NCBI GenBank assembly: GCA_043228905.1
Contig: JBHGNT010000008.1
Span: 8,494,001-8,558,000, forward strand
Origin: Azolla caroliniana
Taxonomy: Eukaryota > Plantae > Polypodiophyta
Length of the DNA: 64,000 bases
Reading direction: 5' to 3'
Positions 1 to 12,198 of this stretch are shown piece by piece; within the stretch, counting starts at the first letter, position 1, and each line of letters opens with the position of its first letter. The notes under the pieces were generated by a model. The model was not told the origin of the DNA and did not search any database. It was given only the letters and a program-made list of their open reading frames with translations. Made by a program: the position numbers and the translations under genes.

Positions 1-1874
1 CCACGATTCCTGCATAGAGGAGTGAACAACAGAGAATGGATGTCTAGACAGACGAACGACCCAATGACCGAGCGAGCGAGAAGATTAGCCGATCGACTGC
101 AGAGGGGGGAAGCTTACCAGCAGGTGGCAGAAGAGATTCGATAGGATCGATCTTTTCCTAGAGTGCGGGTCGTGGAGGAAATGGTCCTGAATTCAAAATC
201 AACGACACTCAAATGAAGGAAGCTACCTTACTAGTCTACTTGACGTCAAATCGATATTGCAAAATTTAGCAACAAGCACCGAAAATTCAGAGGCCTTTTC
301 GGCATTCGAGTCAGGATTAGACAACGAACAGAGCGTCGACTCAAATTATTGATCCAGTTATGACATTCGGGACAAGCTGGAGGAGGACGGTTCCGAACAG
401 ACACTTACACCGAAGTCGGACATAACGATACCGACACCATCAGTATAGGAAGAGAATCTGGTCCGACCGGACGAAGTAATCCCAGAACAACAACTGGAGG
501 AGGAAGACGATTGCGTGCTTACACCACCGACACACAAACCCTTACTAGGACCAGAACGGGTCGAAGAAGAGGATAACATGCCGTACCCAAATCCCAAGTA
601 CCGGGATGAACTAGACGTGGAAGCACATGTCTATGCCTTTTTACAGACATGGGAGGCCAACCATGTCTCCAATGATAACATAATTTGGGCTATCATTGGA
701 AGGACCAGCGGTGCGATGGCATTCGAAACATCTTTCGGGAAGCTTCACTACATTTTAGGCTTTGTGGGAAACATTCCTCCGACTGTTTCATCGACATGTG
801 GCGCTGAGAGAGCTCGTTAGACAATTCTATATGACATGCCAAGAAGGCAACGAAACTATACCACAATTCATAATCCGGTTCTAGACACTACACAACCAAC
901 TGACAAGGGCACCCCTGGAGGATGAAGCTAAGACATTATTTTTGGCCGCACTCTGGGAGCCACTCCGAATTATGTTAGAAGTGCTGGATTTCTAGGCAAG
1001 CACCATTGACGAAGTCATTGACCGAGTTCTCGACATGGATCGGGCCCAAAACGGGAACTTAAGAATGTCCAACGAAGAGGACCTGCAATTCTGGCAAGTG
1101 ATTTAATGTACGACATATCTAAACCCCGTCTATTAAACTGTAGAATGTACCTTGTGGACACAATGCTTGTTGTGTCATTCAAAGACACACAACATGGACC
1201 GGTGTGATTACAACTTATTGAACCGGCAGGCTGTGTTAGTAACGAAAATCGAACCCCGAGAGCAACAGAGGCTGGATGATGACCAGTACTAGAGAGAGGA
1301 CCGATAAAGACCGGAGGGACGTTACTAGTATGAAAACCGAAGAAGAGAGGATTATTTCCGGGATCGATACGAAAGGGACTATTCTCCAGAGTATGATAGG
1401 AGACGTGGAGGAGACTGAGATATCCGAACCAACAGGGATACAATAATCACCGCCGTAATTCAAACCACTGATGGGGAAGTTTAATCGTAGGAATGAGCGT
1501 CGGGACACGGACCGAGAATACTGTCGGGGGCCGTATACGAATCAAGTTGTTCCACAGTTAGAGCAAGAAAGACTGGAGGAACCCAATCGGATGGTTCCAG
1601 TATCCCACCGACAAGTGAAGAAAAAGGTGAATCAAGTGGGGGCTGGAAAATATACTACTATTATTTTCGGCAAGAAGGGCACTACAATAGTCAATGCTCG
1701 GTGAACAACAAAGAGAAATAACCGACAATTAATATGGTAACCGCCGAGGTCATGGATGTCCAGCAGGTCACGACCCAATCGAAAGGAAAGGCTGCCGAAT
1801 GGGAAACGCAAGAAGCGATCCGTAAACAGGGCACATAATGGATACAACAAGCCAATTAACGAAATGTCCACGAA

Positions 1875-3800
1875 ATGAAGGAACATGCCAAGTCGCTGAA
1901 AGAAACAATCAGAATCACCGACAACGACCCATCATGGTACGCACTACAGAAATGCCAAATCATGTTGCCACTAGGCCGACTATTGCAGTTGGTTCCCCGG
2001 TTCACGGAAACTTTGAAGTTAGCATTGTCACCATTGAATCTGGCAATGACACCCACATTCTTCACAAATCTGGGTGAGGGACCGACAGTGGTGGACACCA
2101 ACAGTTTGGCGGTGATGGTCATCCTTAAAGGCAATGAAGTACCCGATACAATCATAGATGGAGGATCCAGAGTAAATGTATCAAAGAAGAACATGCGACA
2201 CGTTGGGTATCCGGGAATGGGGGCTATGCCCGTTCTGGTTGCAAATGGCAGACACAAGTTCGGTACGACCAACTGGACTAATCCGGAACCTCGACATCAC
2301 AATCGGGGACATGCATTCCGGATCTCGGCAGTAGTGTTGCAACTAAATGCACCAGGAGCATATCCTCTATTGTTGGGGAGTCCTTGGATAACGACGACCC
2401 ATATCAAGCATAACTGGCAAAAGAATATGATCACTTTCCGCACGGCAAGACCAAGGTACATGTACTGATACAAGAACGGGTTGGTACGAGCAAGCAGTTA
2501 ACGCCATTATACGTCAAAGGTATTAATATGCTGGACAATTTGGCCGACGAGGAGGTGGAACAATATTTGGACGAAAATCCCAAGATAGTGCCATTGTTTG
2601 AAGTGGACATGGTAGACGCGGTTACGTCGTATTTCACAAACTGGGATGAAGAAGCTGACGAACTGGATTGGGAGGCGATCAAAGAACTCTGGCAAGCCCA
2701 AGAAGCTTTAGAAAGGGAGGTGGTAGTGTCACAATGAGTAAAAGCCTCCATACTGGAGGAAGTAGATCTCGGCACACGGGAGGCACCACGACCAGTGAAG
2801 GTGGCCAAGGAAATGCCACTAGACGAGAAGACGACAATGATCGAATTGCTAAGAGAATTCAAGGACGTCTTCGCGTGATCAGATGAGGATATGGGGGGAC
2901 TGAACCCGAAGTTGTATCAACACTAGATACACCTAAGTAAGGACGAAAAACCGGTAGCCCAAAGATGCTACCGGATGAACCCCAACTATGCCCTAAAAGT
3001 CATGGAGGAGATTGATAAACGGTTATGAGTCAGTTTTATCCTGTTGGTAAAGCAGACCACATGGCTAAGTCCGATCGTCATAGTACCAAAAAAGAACGAA
3101 TGCGTTTCCATTACATTTTACAGATGGAGTACTGGATGCGACAACGTGACACGCGGTGTATAGTTTCCTTGACGGATTAAGTGGATACAACCAGATCTAG
3201 ATGACCAAGAGAAGACAACATTTGTAATGGAGTGGGGAGTTTTTGTGGCTGTGGTGATGATGTTCAAATTGAAGACAGCACCAACAACGTTCCACCGCAT
3301 TATAATGGAAATCTTCGGAGAATAGCATTATAATGGAAATCTTCAGAGAATACATCCCGACATTCATGCAGGTTTTCTTGGATTACTTTGCCATGTATAG
3401 CCGGAGGATGGACCATTTGGACCATCTCTGGATGTGTCTAGAAAAATTTCGGAATCCCCGATTGAGCTTGAATCCGACTAAGTGTGTGTTCGGGGTCACT
3501 AGTGGAGCGTTGCTAGGGCATATCGTTAGCAAGGAAGGAATTACGGTCAATCTGGATAAGTTCAAAGCAATCCTACAAGCACCAACGTCAACGAACACTA
3601 AAGCCCTGAGCCGATTTCTTGGACAAATCTAGTGGCATAGCCGGATGCTTCGGAATTTAGCAGATTTTGCCACCCCATTGCACGTTGTAGTACACAGACT
3701 ACCATTTCAATGGATGGAGCAAGAGGACAAAGCTTATCCCAAGCTCTGGTTATACAACCACCCGACTTGTCAAAAGATTTTCATGTATTTGTGGACGCAT
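1875..3800 (+). pseudogene. protease-RT-RNase H remnant of the Gypsy element
   Basis: ORF-track fragments 1875-2468, 2528-2737, 3333-3632, 3645-3800 are colinear with element D pol. Confidence 0.85.
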
Positions 3801-4458
3801 TGTCGTGCCTTTTGGCGCCAGATCGTTGTGGGAGTCGGGTGGGAACCGCTGAGGTTTTGGACTAGGAGGAGGAAGAATTTGAGATGAGTCTAGTTATGAA
3901 TGTGAATAGATTGTACGAAAGAGATAGAAATTCCTAAATCCCATGAATATAGTGAATTAGTTTAACTTGATATTTAAAATCAAAGTAATAAATTGAAATA
4001 GTTTAGAATAGATTAGAGTAGATTGAGAAAAGAGATCAAAACTTGTGAATTCCACAAGTATTATATTAATCAATATTTAGGTCATAATAAAAAAAAACGA
4101 AGAATCCATAATCTCAATACATCTTTCTCTTCCCTTCATATAGTGACAAAAGACGTTAAGTATGGCTTCCCACATGGAAAGCATCATGCTTTTTCTGAAG
4201 TGCATGAATAGCTTTTCCTATCATGCTTTTCTTCTAATTATAGTGTTCATGCATGCTAGGTGTGCATGAGTAGCTTTTTCTATAAAGCTTTTTCTTTTAC
4301 TAAAGTTTTTTCCTAGAAAATATGCGTGAAATAACCTTTGTAAGTGGGACATCTACTTTTTTATCACCCATGATGTGTTAATATAATGGTAAGGCTTCAA
4401 TTTATTAATATGGAGGTATAGGGTTTGAATCTTGTAGTGTACGAAATACACTACAACA
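3801..4458 (-). mobile_element. Solo LTR of the Trp-primed Gypsy group (family S)
   Basis: TGTCGTG...CTACAACA termini; homologous to 4502 and 41287 copies; removing it plus 4 bp restores host codons V-D-A-S-D-V-A-I. Confidence 0.85.
4379..4435 (+). promoter_or_regulatory. tRNA-like Pol III A/B-box module inside solo LTR
   Basis: TAATATAATGG at 4379, AGGT, GGTTTGAATCT at 4422 (43-nt spacing). Confidence 0.6.
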
Positions 4459-4501
4459 ACGTCGGATGTGGCCATCGACAACGTGTTGATGCAACTTACG
4501 A

Positions 4502-4670
4502 TGTCGTGCCTTTTAGAGCCGGATCATTGTGTGAGTCGGGTGGGAACCCCTGGGGTTTTGAACTAGGATGATGAGGAATTTGAGGCAAATAAGAATATAA
4601 GATTGAAAGAGAAAGAAATAGAAACATCGTGAATCCCACGAGTGTATTATATTAGGTTAATCAATCCTTA
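4502..4670 (-). mobile_element. Truncated LTR, family S
   Basis: Begins TGTCGTGCC and aligns with the first part of the 3801 and 41287 copies, then switches abruptly to unrelated sequence. Confidence 0.8.
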
Positions 4671-4937
4671 GAACCCTAGTAGTAGATTGGAATAGATTGA
4701 CAAAATGTAATGGTTTGTTGATTCTTGGGTTTCAATCGGAACGGGTCCATTTTGAAAACCCTGTGCGAGTTGGAAGAGCACTGAACCTTAGGCTTGATGT
4801 AGTTGGAGTTGGAGTGACGGCGGCGGAAGGCGTTTGTCGACTGACACGGGGAAGGCAATGAGAAGGAATTTGGAATCGGTAAATCAATGTTACTGTAAAG
4901 AATCGGATGGATTCTGTGCAACAGAAGAACTGTGTGG

Positions 4938-5017
<80 letters not shown>

Positions 5018-6596
5018 CACGATTACAGAAAATCAGAAAACTGTATTACAAAGGAAGCAAGAATAACCAACAGTTACAAAGAGAGGGAGATGGTGCTTAT
5101 GTAGTCACATTCTCTCTAAGTTCTCTCACTAGTACTGCCTCTCGGGAAAGAGGTCATGTCTTAACTACTTACATAATATGTGTCATAGGACATTAACTTC
5201 TATGACACACTAGTTACTATACAACGAGGTGAGATGTTCACACACTTGAGTATCCTAGAGTGTGTTCCCACTCACGGGAAGTTGAGTTTGATTCTCAACA
5301 CGCCCCTTCAAACACAAGTTCCGGTTGTCGGATAGTCGGATGCTTGGTTCGGATTGGTATTCGGGTGAAGGACTCTAGCTTTGGCTTCAAATGGCTAGTA
5401 TACTCCTACTGCTCCGTACTCCCCCTCAAGCTCGGCTGGTCAATGGTTGAAAGACCCAAGACGGTCGTGAACTACCGCAACTTGTCGACTCCTAGGGCCT
5501 TGGTGAAGATTTCGGCCATCTGAAGGTTTGTGTTGATGTGTTGTAGGTCGACATCCTCGGCTAGAACATGTTATCAGATGAAGGGATAGTGCACTTCGAT
5601 GTGCTTAGTCCAAACATGGAAGACTGGGTTCCGAGCAAGGTGGATATTGCTCATGTTTTCGCAGTAGAGGAGAATTGGATCCTTGATGGGAACACCCAGA
5701 TCCTTCAAGATTCTCTTGAGCCAAATGGCTTCACATGTGGCTACGGTGGCACCCTTGTGTTCGGCTTCGGTGCTTGACAGTACGACTTTCGGCTATTTCT
5801 TACTACTCCACGATATGGTGCCACTGCCGAGAGAAAAAACAAATCCGGATGTCAATCATCTGTCAGCTCTGTAGTCGGTCCAGTCTGCATCAGTACAACC
5901 TTCGAGTCGTATTGGTGTGGCTGATTTGTAAAGGATGTTGAAATCCATGGTACCACTCACATACCTTAGCACTCGCTTAGCATAGTCGAAATGGATGTCT
6001 CGTGGAGTTTGCATGAACTGGCTAAGGAGGTCGACCGGGTAAACTCAGGTCGGGTTGAGTAATTGTGAGGTAGACGAGGCTTCCGACTGGTTGACGATAG
6101 TGCGTCGTTTTACACTCTCTAGTGCCTGAGTTGGCATCTAACTTTAGCTTTCCGTCAAGAGGAGTAGTGACGAGCTTACACCGTGTCATCCCAAACTTGA
6201 AAAGAAGATTGAGGATATAGTGCTTTTGAGAAAGCATGATGCCGATTGGAGTCTGAATTGCTTCTATTCCTAGAAAGTAACGGAGCTCCTTCATATCAAT
6301 CATATCAAATCAGTTGGAGGGGAGCTTCTTGATGTGCTCAATATCCGCTAAATGCTCTCCTCTGACCAAGTCATCCACATAAATGATGATAAATACCTAT
6401 CCTCTGGAGTCGCTCCCGATGAAAAAATAGTTGTCGGACTTGGACATGTTCAGGCCGATTTGATGAAGATATTGCGTTATCTTCGAATGCCATGCTCTCG
6501 GTGCCTGCTTGAGGCCGTTGAGAGGCTTTTTGAGTCGGCAGACATCAGTTGGATGTGCAATAGACATGAATCCGAGTGGTTGCACCATGTACATGT
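4671..6596 (-). mobile_element. Ty1/Copia remnant (RT-RNase H, PPT, 3' LTR)
   Basis: Minus-strand RT motifs YMVQPLGF, GLKQAPRAW, MKELRYFLGIE; PPT TGAAGGGGCG (5301-5310) abutting TGTTGAGA at 5300; left LTR end not identifiable. Confidence 0.85.
4931..5015. repeat. (GT)n(GA)n compound microsatellite, probably within the Copia LTR
   Basis: Directly visible. Confidence 0.95.
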
Positions 6597-7041
6597 TGTC
6601 CGCCGGAATAGTAACCGACGGACAGAAGCGCATAAATATTAGAATATAGTAAAAGCGTAAGAAACGCATACATAACGGTTCATGCGGGAAGCGTGAACAA
6701 AGGGCATAAATCCTCTGTAAGAGGTAACGTGTAATTTTGGTGCATAGAGCGTTATTCTAATAGAAAACTATCTTCTCGGATTTCGGTGCATATTTGTGGT
6801 TTTATCTACTATGCTCTTTGTTCTTTGTGGCGGACTGTAATCGTAAAGGTGTAGGCGTAAGTGCGGATACTAAGTGCACTTCCTAAGGAGTTCGGTTGTA
6901 GCCGTCTCCCTTATACGCTACTAGGATACAGGGAAGTATCCCATTATGTATTACAGTACGATGGTACCATTCCTTGCAATGTAGTCACCTTGGGGTCTAG
7001 GTCGAAGGACTGACCATAGACAGTGTTCCTAATCGGTAACA
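6597..7041 (+). repeat. 5' LTR of element D
   Basis: TGTCCG...CGGTAACA interrupting Copia RT at 6596 and followed by a PBS; partner LTR absent. Confidence 0.6.
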
Positions 7042-7045
7042 CGTT

Positions 7046-7059
7046 TGGCATGCCTGGTG
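7046..7059 (+). promoter_or_regulatory. PBS of D, probably tRNA-Arg type
   Basis: TGGCATGCCTGGTG resembles the TGGCACGCCC... PBS of Tat-type elements. Confidence 0.5.
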
Positions 7060-7329
7060 ATCTGTGTCTTCTCGCAGACGAACAACGACGAATGGATGTT
7101 TAGCCGTAGGCGTCCCAAAGAACCAACATGACAAGACCGAACAATCACAAGGTCCATCACACGCCAGGCAGAGGAATGCGCAAGGCAAAAACCTCGCATC
7201 AGTGACCTCAGTGATATCTGTCGGAACCACAAAGTCGACTTTCCACTCACCAAATACCCTAGCGAGACACAGGAAGTTCTGTCACCACAAAAGTACTGTG
7301 GTCTTCCCCTGCCCGCCGTAGCGTCCAAC

Positions 7330-9307
7330 ATGGCCTTCTCCTATCCCCGCTTCAACGGCGAAACAGACGCCGCAACCCACATTCACCTGTTCCTGAATGT
7401 TTGGAATGTGAATCACATGGCGTAGGGACTTCCAGAAGAGGTAGCGCACCAGTCCAAAATGATAGAGTTTGGATTAACTCTGGATGGTAGAGCTGTGTTT
7501 TGGCATTCGCAGATGGATCTGCCAGCAATCACGACCTTTGACCAGTTGTAGTCGGCCTTTCTGCATTTCTTTCATCGAAGGGTGCTGCAACGCGAAATCC
7601 TCGGGCAGTTCTATACAATCAAACAATCGTTGGCCGAGATTGTTGCGGACTTCAATTTACGTTTCCAAAATCTACGACAGAAATTAGAACGGGGCCCGAT
7701 AGAGGAGGAGGCTCAGGAGACATTTTTGGTAGCCTTACAGCAATCCATATGAACGACGCTCAACCACAATAGCGTGAAAGGAGAAACAACCGATATGGTC
7801 ATGGAGCGGGCGTTACACCTTGAGATGGATGAAGAAGAGGAACAGTTTTCCATGTCCTCATTACGACAAGCGTTACTTCAGGACGAGGAACGACATTTTT
7901 GTCAGGTAATGCAGTGCACCATTTGCCTCAATTCTAGGCATTCTACAATGGAATGCAATATGTGAATCCACTGCCCAATCTGTCACTTGAAAGCACACAC
8001 GGTCGAGCAGTGTGTGTACAATATGTTGAATAGACCAACGCCCACAGTACGAAGCATAGACACATAGTGACCACCTCACCGAAATGATCAAAGGCACTAA
8101 GAAGAGTGACCCCGGTATACGGATCGGAATCCAGGCGACGACCGGCACTACCGGAATCGCCGGAATAACAACAATTCCGAGGAAGAAGAACTGGAGGATG
8201 AAGACTACCGGGGCAACCGTAGATACAACAAAGGAGGATGACGTTACAAAAACTACCGACCGGCAAACAAATGTGGTGGTTTCAATGGGCCTCGCGGGAA
8301 ACATCGACATTATAGCGACCAACGATGTTACGACGAAAGTTTGGACGATGAACGGCACCGGGACCAACAACAACCACTGCGGAATTTCAGAAGAATAAAC
8401 CAAGACTAGAAGGAGCAAGTCACACCTGGGGAGAGGAACACGCCACCAGCTATTGGGAGAGGCGAAAAATGTTGATTGGGCTGCGCAAGATGAGATACGT
8501 CAGATGGCCCAAGCATGGGTCGAAAAAGCGAATGCGGCCAATACGGAGTGCATGCGGCAGGAGTCCGCAAACAAGGTTGGGCCATTGGAGGAAGACATCA
8601 TATTCCCGGATCCCATATGGCAAGCACTGGTAGGCTGTGAAATAACCCTGACAATGGAGAAGCTACTTCAACTAGTTCCACGGTTCCGCCAAGCCGTAGA
8701 GGATCGCATAACGGGCAGACCTGGGGCAAGCGTCTCTGCCAACTTTACAGACACCAGGGACGGACCAACGGTGGTGGATCACCACATACCAGCTATTAAG
8801 TTGTTATTACACAGTAAGGCAATCACAGGATGCGTAATCAACGGAGGCTCGGGCGTCAATGTAATTAGTGCGAAGACGTGCGAACAATTGGGAATTTCCG
8901 AATGGGAAGCTTGCCCGTTTTGGCTTCGTATGGCGGATACCCGCTCAGTAAGGCCTTTAGGCTTAATCCAAAAGCTAGGAATCATCATCGGCGGACATTG
9001 CTTCGACATCTCGACCCTAGGAGCGTATCCTATGCTGCTTGGCAGACTTTGGCTTCGTTCGGCGAATATCAAACAGAGCTGGCAACATAAGTGCATTAGT
9101 TTTCGACGAGGACGCACTAAGGTTCGCGTACCCATAGAGGAAATGGCGGCACAACCCAAGGGGATAACACCGTTATACGTGGAAGATATAAATATGGTGG
9201 AGGGGGTGGATGATATAGAATTAGAAGCATACCTCGACGAGCACCCCTGAATCATTCCACTATTGGAAATCGATGTAATAGAAACCGTGGCGGATTACGC
9301 TACCCGT
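7330..9307 (+). pseudogene. gag (CCHC knuckles) and aspartic protease of D
   Basis: CTICLNSRHSTMEC knuckle, VINGGSGVN protease motif, in-frame stops. Confidence 0.85.
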
Positions 9308-9934
9308 TGTCGTGGAGAAAACCACGAACTGGCCCTTATACGTAGGCACAAGTTTTGTTGTAATATATATATTTAGGTACAAGTCGGCAGATGTGAATAT
9401 CCTAGGTAGCATGCATTGGTTAGGTAGAAAATCGAGGCGAATCTATGTCCGAAAGGATAGAGAGTAAAGATGATGTGACGGGTTGTGACGGCCTCCCTCC
9501 TTGGGCTATAAAAGAGACGGAGAGGAATTGTAATGGGGATCGCGGTTGTCAAGGACAAAGTGCTGTTGGATTGGGACAGAGCTCTTCTCCTCTGTCTCGC
9601 TCTCTGTGTTTGTGCTGTGCAGGTTTTCGGGAGGTTGACTCTGCTCCCCGGAACGCTCGAATGCTTCCGGCAGAGTCTCCATCTCACGTCAGTGTGCGTG
9701 TAGGCGTCAATGCTTGTCACTCACCGGCCCGCCGGTTGTAACCCCTTTCATCTGATATATATATATAAACATACACGCATTCATCTTGTTCCAATGGGTT
9801 GCGGTTTCTGTGTATTTGTGTGAGTGCGAAGCACGGTCGTTGTTTTTCTCGCTCCCGTCCTGCTCTCTTGCTCCTCAGTCCAAGACCCCCATGGTCCCGC
9901 CTTGTTCTACATGCACGCACGTAAGAACGTGACA
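9308..9934 (+). repeat. 5' LTR of A
   Basis: TGTCGTG...CGTGACA; matches 15381-15876 apart from indels; TATAAAAG near 9508. Confidence 0.9.
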
Positions 9935-9938
9935 TATT

Positions 9939-9956
9939 TGGTGAACTTGACATGAA
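9939..9956 (+). promoter_or_regulatory. PBS, tRNA-Trp
   Basis: TGGTGAACTTGACATGAA vs TGGTGAACCCGACGTGAA (complement of the plant tRNA-Trp 3' end). Confidence 0.85.
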
Positions 9957-9978
9957 TAGGCGGTAGAGGAATAAGAAG

Positions 9979-12070
9979 ATGAGGGGATCGGAGCTTGCAG
10001 AAGCCATGGCTTCAGCTGTGGATCAGATAGTGAGTGCACGCAAAGGCGCAGGCGCCCTCGATAGGGCCATTGAAGCAATCGTCGACACGATAGGCCGGTT
10101 TGGTGGAAAGGATGCCACGAGCTATTTGGAGGCCTACCAAGCCGAAATGGTGATGAGGGACATTCCGAAGGACAGGCGACTGGCCGGATTCCCTTGGGCG
10201 GCAATGCCGAGCATCCATGCCGAGGTGCTCGAGGTACGGACCTGGGAAGAGTTTGAAGGTCGGCTCCTTGAGAAATACGGGCTTGATGACGCGCTTCGGC
10301 TATCAAAGCAGGACTTCATGGAATGGGTGGAGACCCCCGAAAAAGGGAGAAACACGTCGGTGCTCCTGTAGGAGTTTGAAGAACGCTTCACGCGTCTTTC
10401 GGTGCTGGACCGGACCGTACTGGACACAAGTCGTGTCCTATTGTTTGTTAAATCGGTGGACATGAGGGACCGGGAGCAAGTGGGCCTCCTGCTGGAGACC
10501 GACGACGGGTTGACGGCCGATTGGGCCGTGGTGAAGAGAGTCTGCGGCCGTTTCAACAAATGATGAGTTTGGGTTGATAAAGGCTCAACGGGAGCAGGCT
10601 CTGTTGTGGCAAGGAAGCTTGAGGTAGCCCCACCGGCGCAAAGGGAGGAGACCCGAGACTGGCTCGAGGCCGGCTCGACTTCGACCGGCGTGGTCAAAGG
10701 CCCGTCTGGAGGAGCGGCTCTGGAGGAGCTGACTCAGATGGTGAGGGACCTCCAGATTGCACAGGCACAGAGGGACGGCGGCGAACTAGCCCGTGACTGA
10801 AGGCATCCGGCTGGGCATCAGTGCTTGTGGTGCGATGCGGTCGGCCACGCCCGAAAGGACTACGGCGAATTCGTCGAAGCGATAAGGGCCGACGTGGTGT
10901 ACATGTGGAACGGGTGGGTACACGCTAGCGAAACCCGAGGGGCCCTAGATCTGAAGGTCGGACGAGGGGGAATGAAACGACAGATGGAGGAAGCGGCGGC
11001 TCGCCATGCGGAGACCATCCACTACTCGACATCGGCGGGAATCCGGGTCAGGAATGATGAAGTCCGGAGAACAAAGGACTCCGGGTTCTGGCCGTTTGTG
11101 CTGGAAGGCCTAGCCGGCGTACGACTAAGGAAAGACGGGTCCGGGATGTAACCGGGTGGAGTGACCCGGTCGAAGAGAAGACAGGTCCGGGATGTAACCG
11201 GGTGCAGTGACCCGGTCGAAGAGAAGACGGGCTTCGTGGAAGCCACGTGCCAAAACTACGAGGTTCTGGTGGAAGACAAGCGCGCGGGAAAGACCCGGGG
11301 GGGGGGGGGGGGGGGAGGGGGCATCACAACGATATGAGACCCGGTTCGGGCCGAAGCAGAATGATGTCGGTGCATCGGGCGCACGAGACAAGGTTAAGAA
11401 GGTCGGTTACCGGTTGAGCACAGAGATCAAAAGGATCCTTGACAAGAAAGTGGAGTTGTCGCTAAGGGAGGTGCTCGGTATCGCCAAGAAGGAGTTCCAC
11501 AACTCCATCGAAGACTTGGTGAAGCGGAAAAGGTTTTCGACATAGCCGGAGCTGGAGAAGCCGGTGGAGGTGCGAACGATGCACCTAGAAGACATGGCCC
11601 TGGAAGACGAGTTGGCGGAAAGCCACTACTTGAGGCTACATTGGGCTAGGGCCACTACGGAGACCCCCGTTAAGATCGGAGATGTCCAGGACCCGGTGGT
11701 GGCGTTGGTAGACCACGGTTCGGAAATCAACTTCATGTCCATGGACTTTTACAAGAAGGGCAAGTGGCCGATCAACACGATGCACGGGTGGAAAATACGA
11801 GCGGCGACGCGCGCCACGGAGGAACTACATGGAGACTGCTCGAATGTACAAGTGAAAATCAGTGATGTCGAGATCGATCAACACTTCTTTGTGCAGGAGA
11901 CATCCTCGCATCCGATGATACTCGGGGAACCGTACATCACAGAGCCACGAATGGAGACGAAGGTGTTGGACAACGGTTCGACGTACGCGCGAGTCAAGAG
12001 CCAGGACGGGCGTCACTCCGTCCAGTTTTTGACGGTACGATCGAACCATGAGCGGAATCGAGAGACCCTC
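9979..12070 (+). pseudogene. gag-protease of A
   Basis: Gag-like ORFs 9979-11151 with knuckle remnant CLWCDAVGH; protease ALVDHGSEIN. Confidence 0.85.
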
Positions 12071-12198
12071 AGCGGAAGTTATGGAAGGTGTTCGGAGAGG
12101 GCCTTAGTGAAGACCGGACGATTCCGGTATGTTTGGAAAAGCTATACGAAGTCATCGTCGACTTCGGTAGAGGACTCGAGTCGGATTAGACAGCTTGA

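Larger units (their letters stand above)
1..4501 (+). mobile_element. Decayed Ty3/Gypsy LTR retrotransposon (Athila/Tat-like), starts before the window; same family as element D
   Basis: Gag-like fragment (578-1060), protease IIDGGSRVN (1875-2468), RT fragments (QVFLDYFAMY, LNPTKCVFG) and RNase H start VDASDVAI split by the LTR at 3801-4458; many stops and frameshifts. Confidence 0.85.

Noticed and set aside
4676-5104. SLSL/ERER low-complexity ORFs
   Set aside because: Translations of the GA microsatellite
11133-11320. Short tandem duplication and poly-G tract in A as a regulatory or G-quadruplex signal
   Set aside because: Absent at the equivalent position of C; best explained by copy-specific slippage
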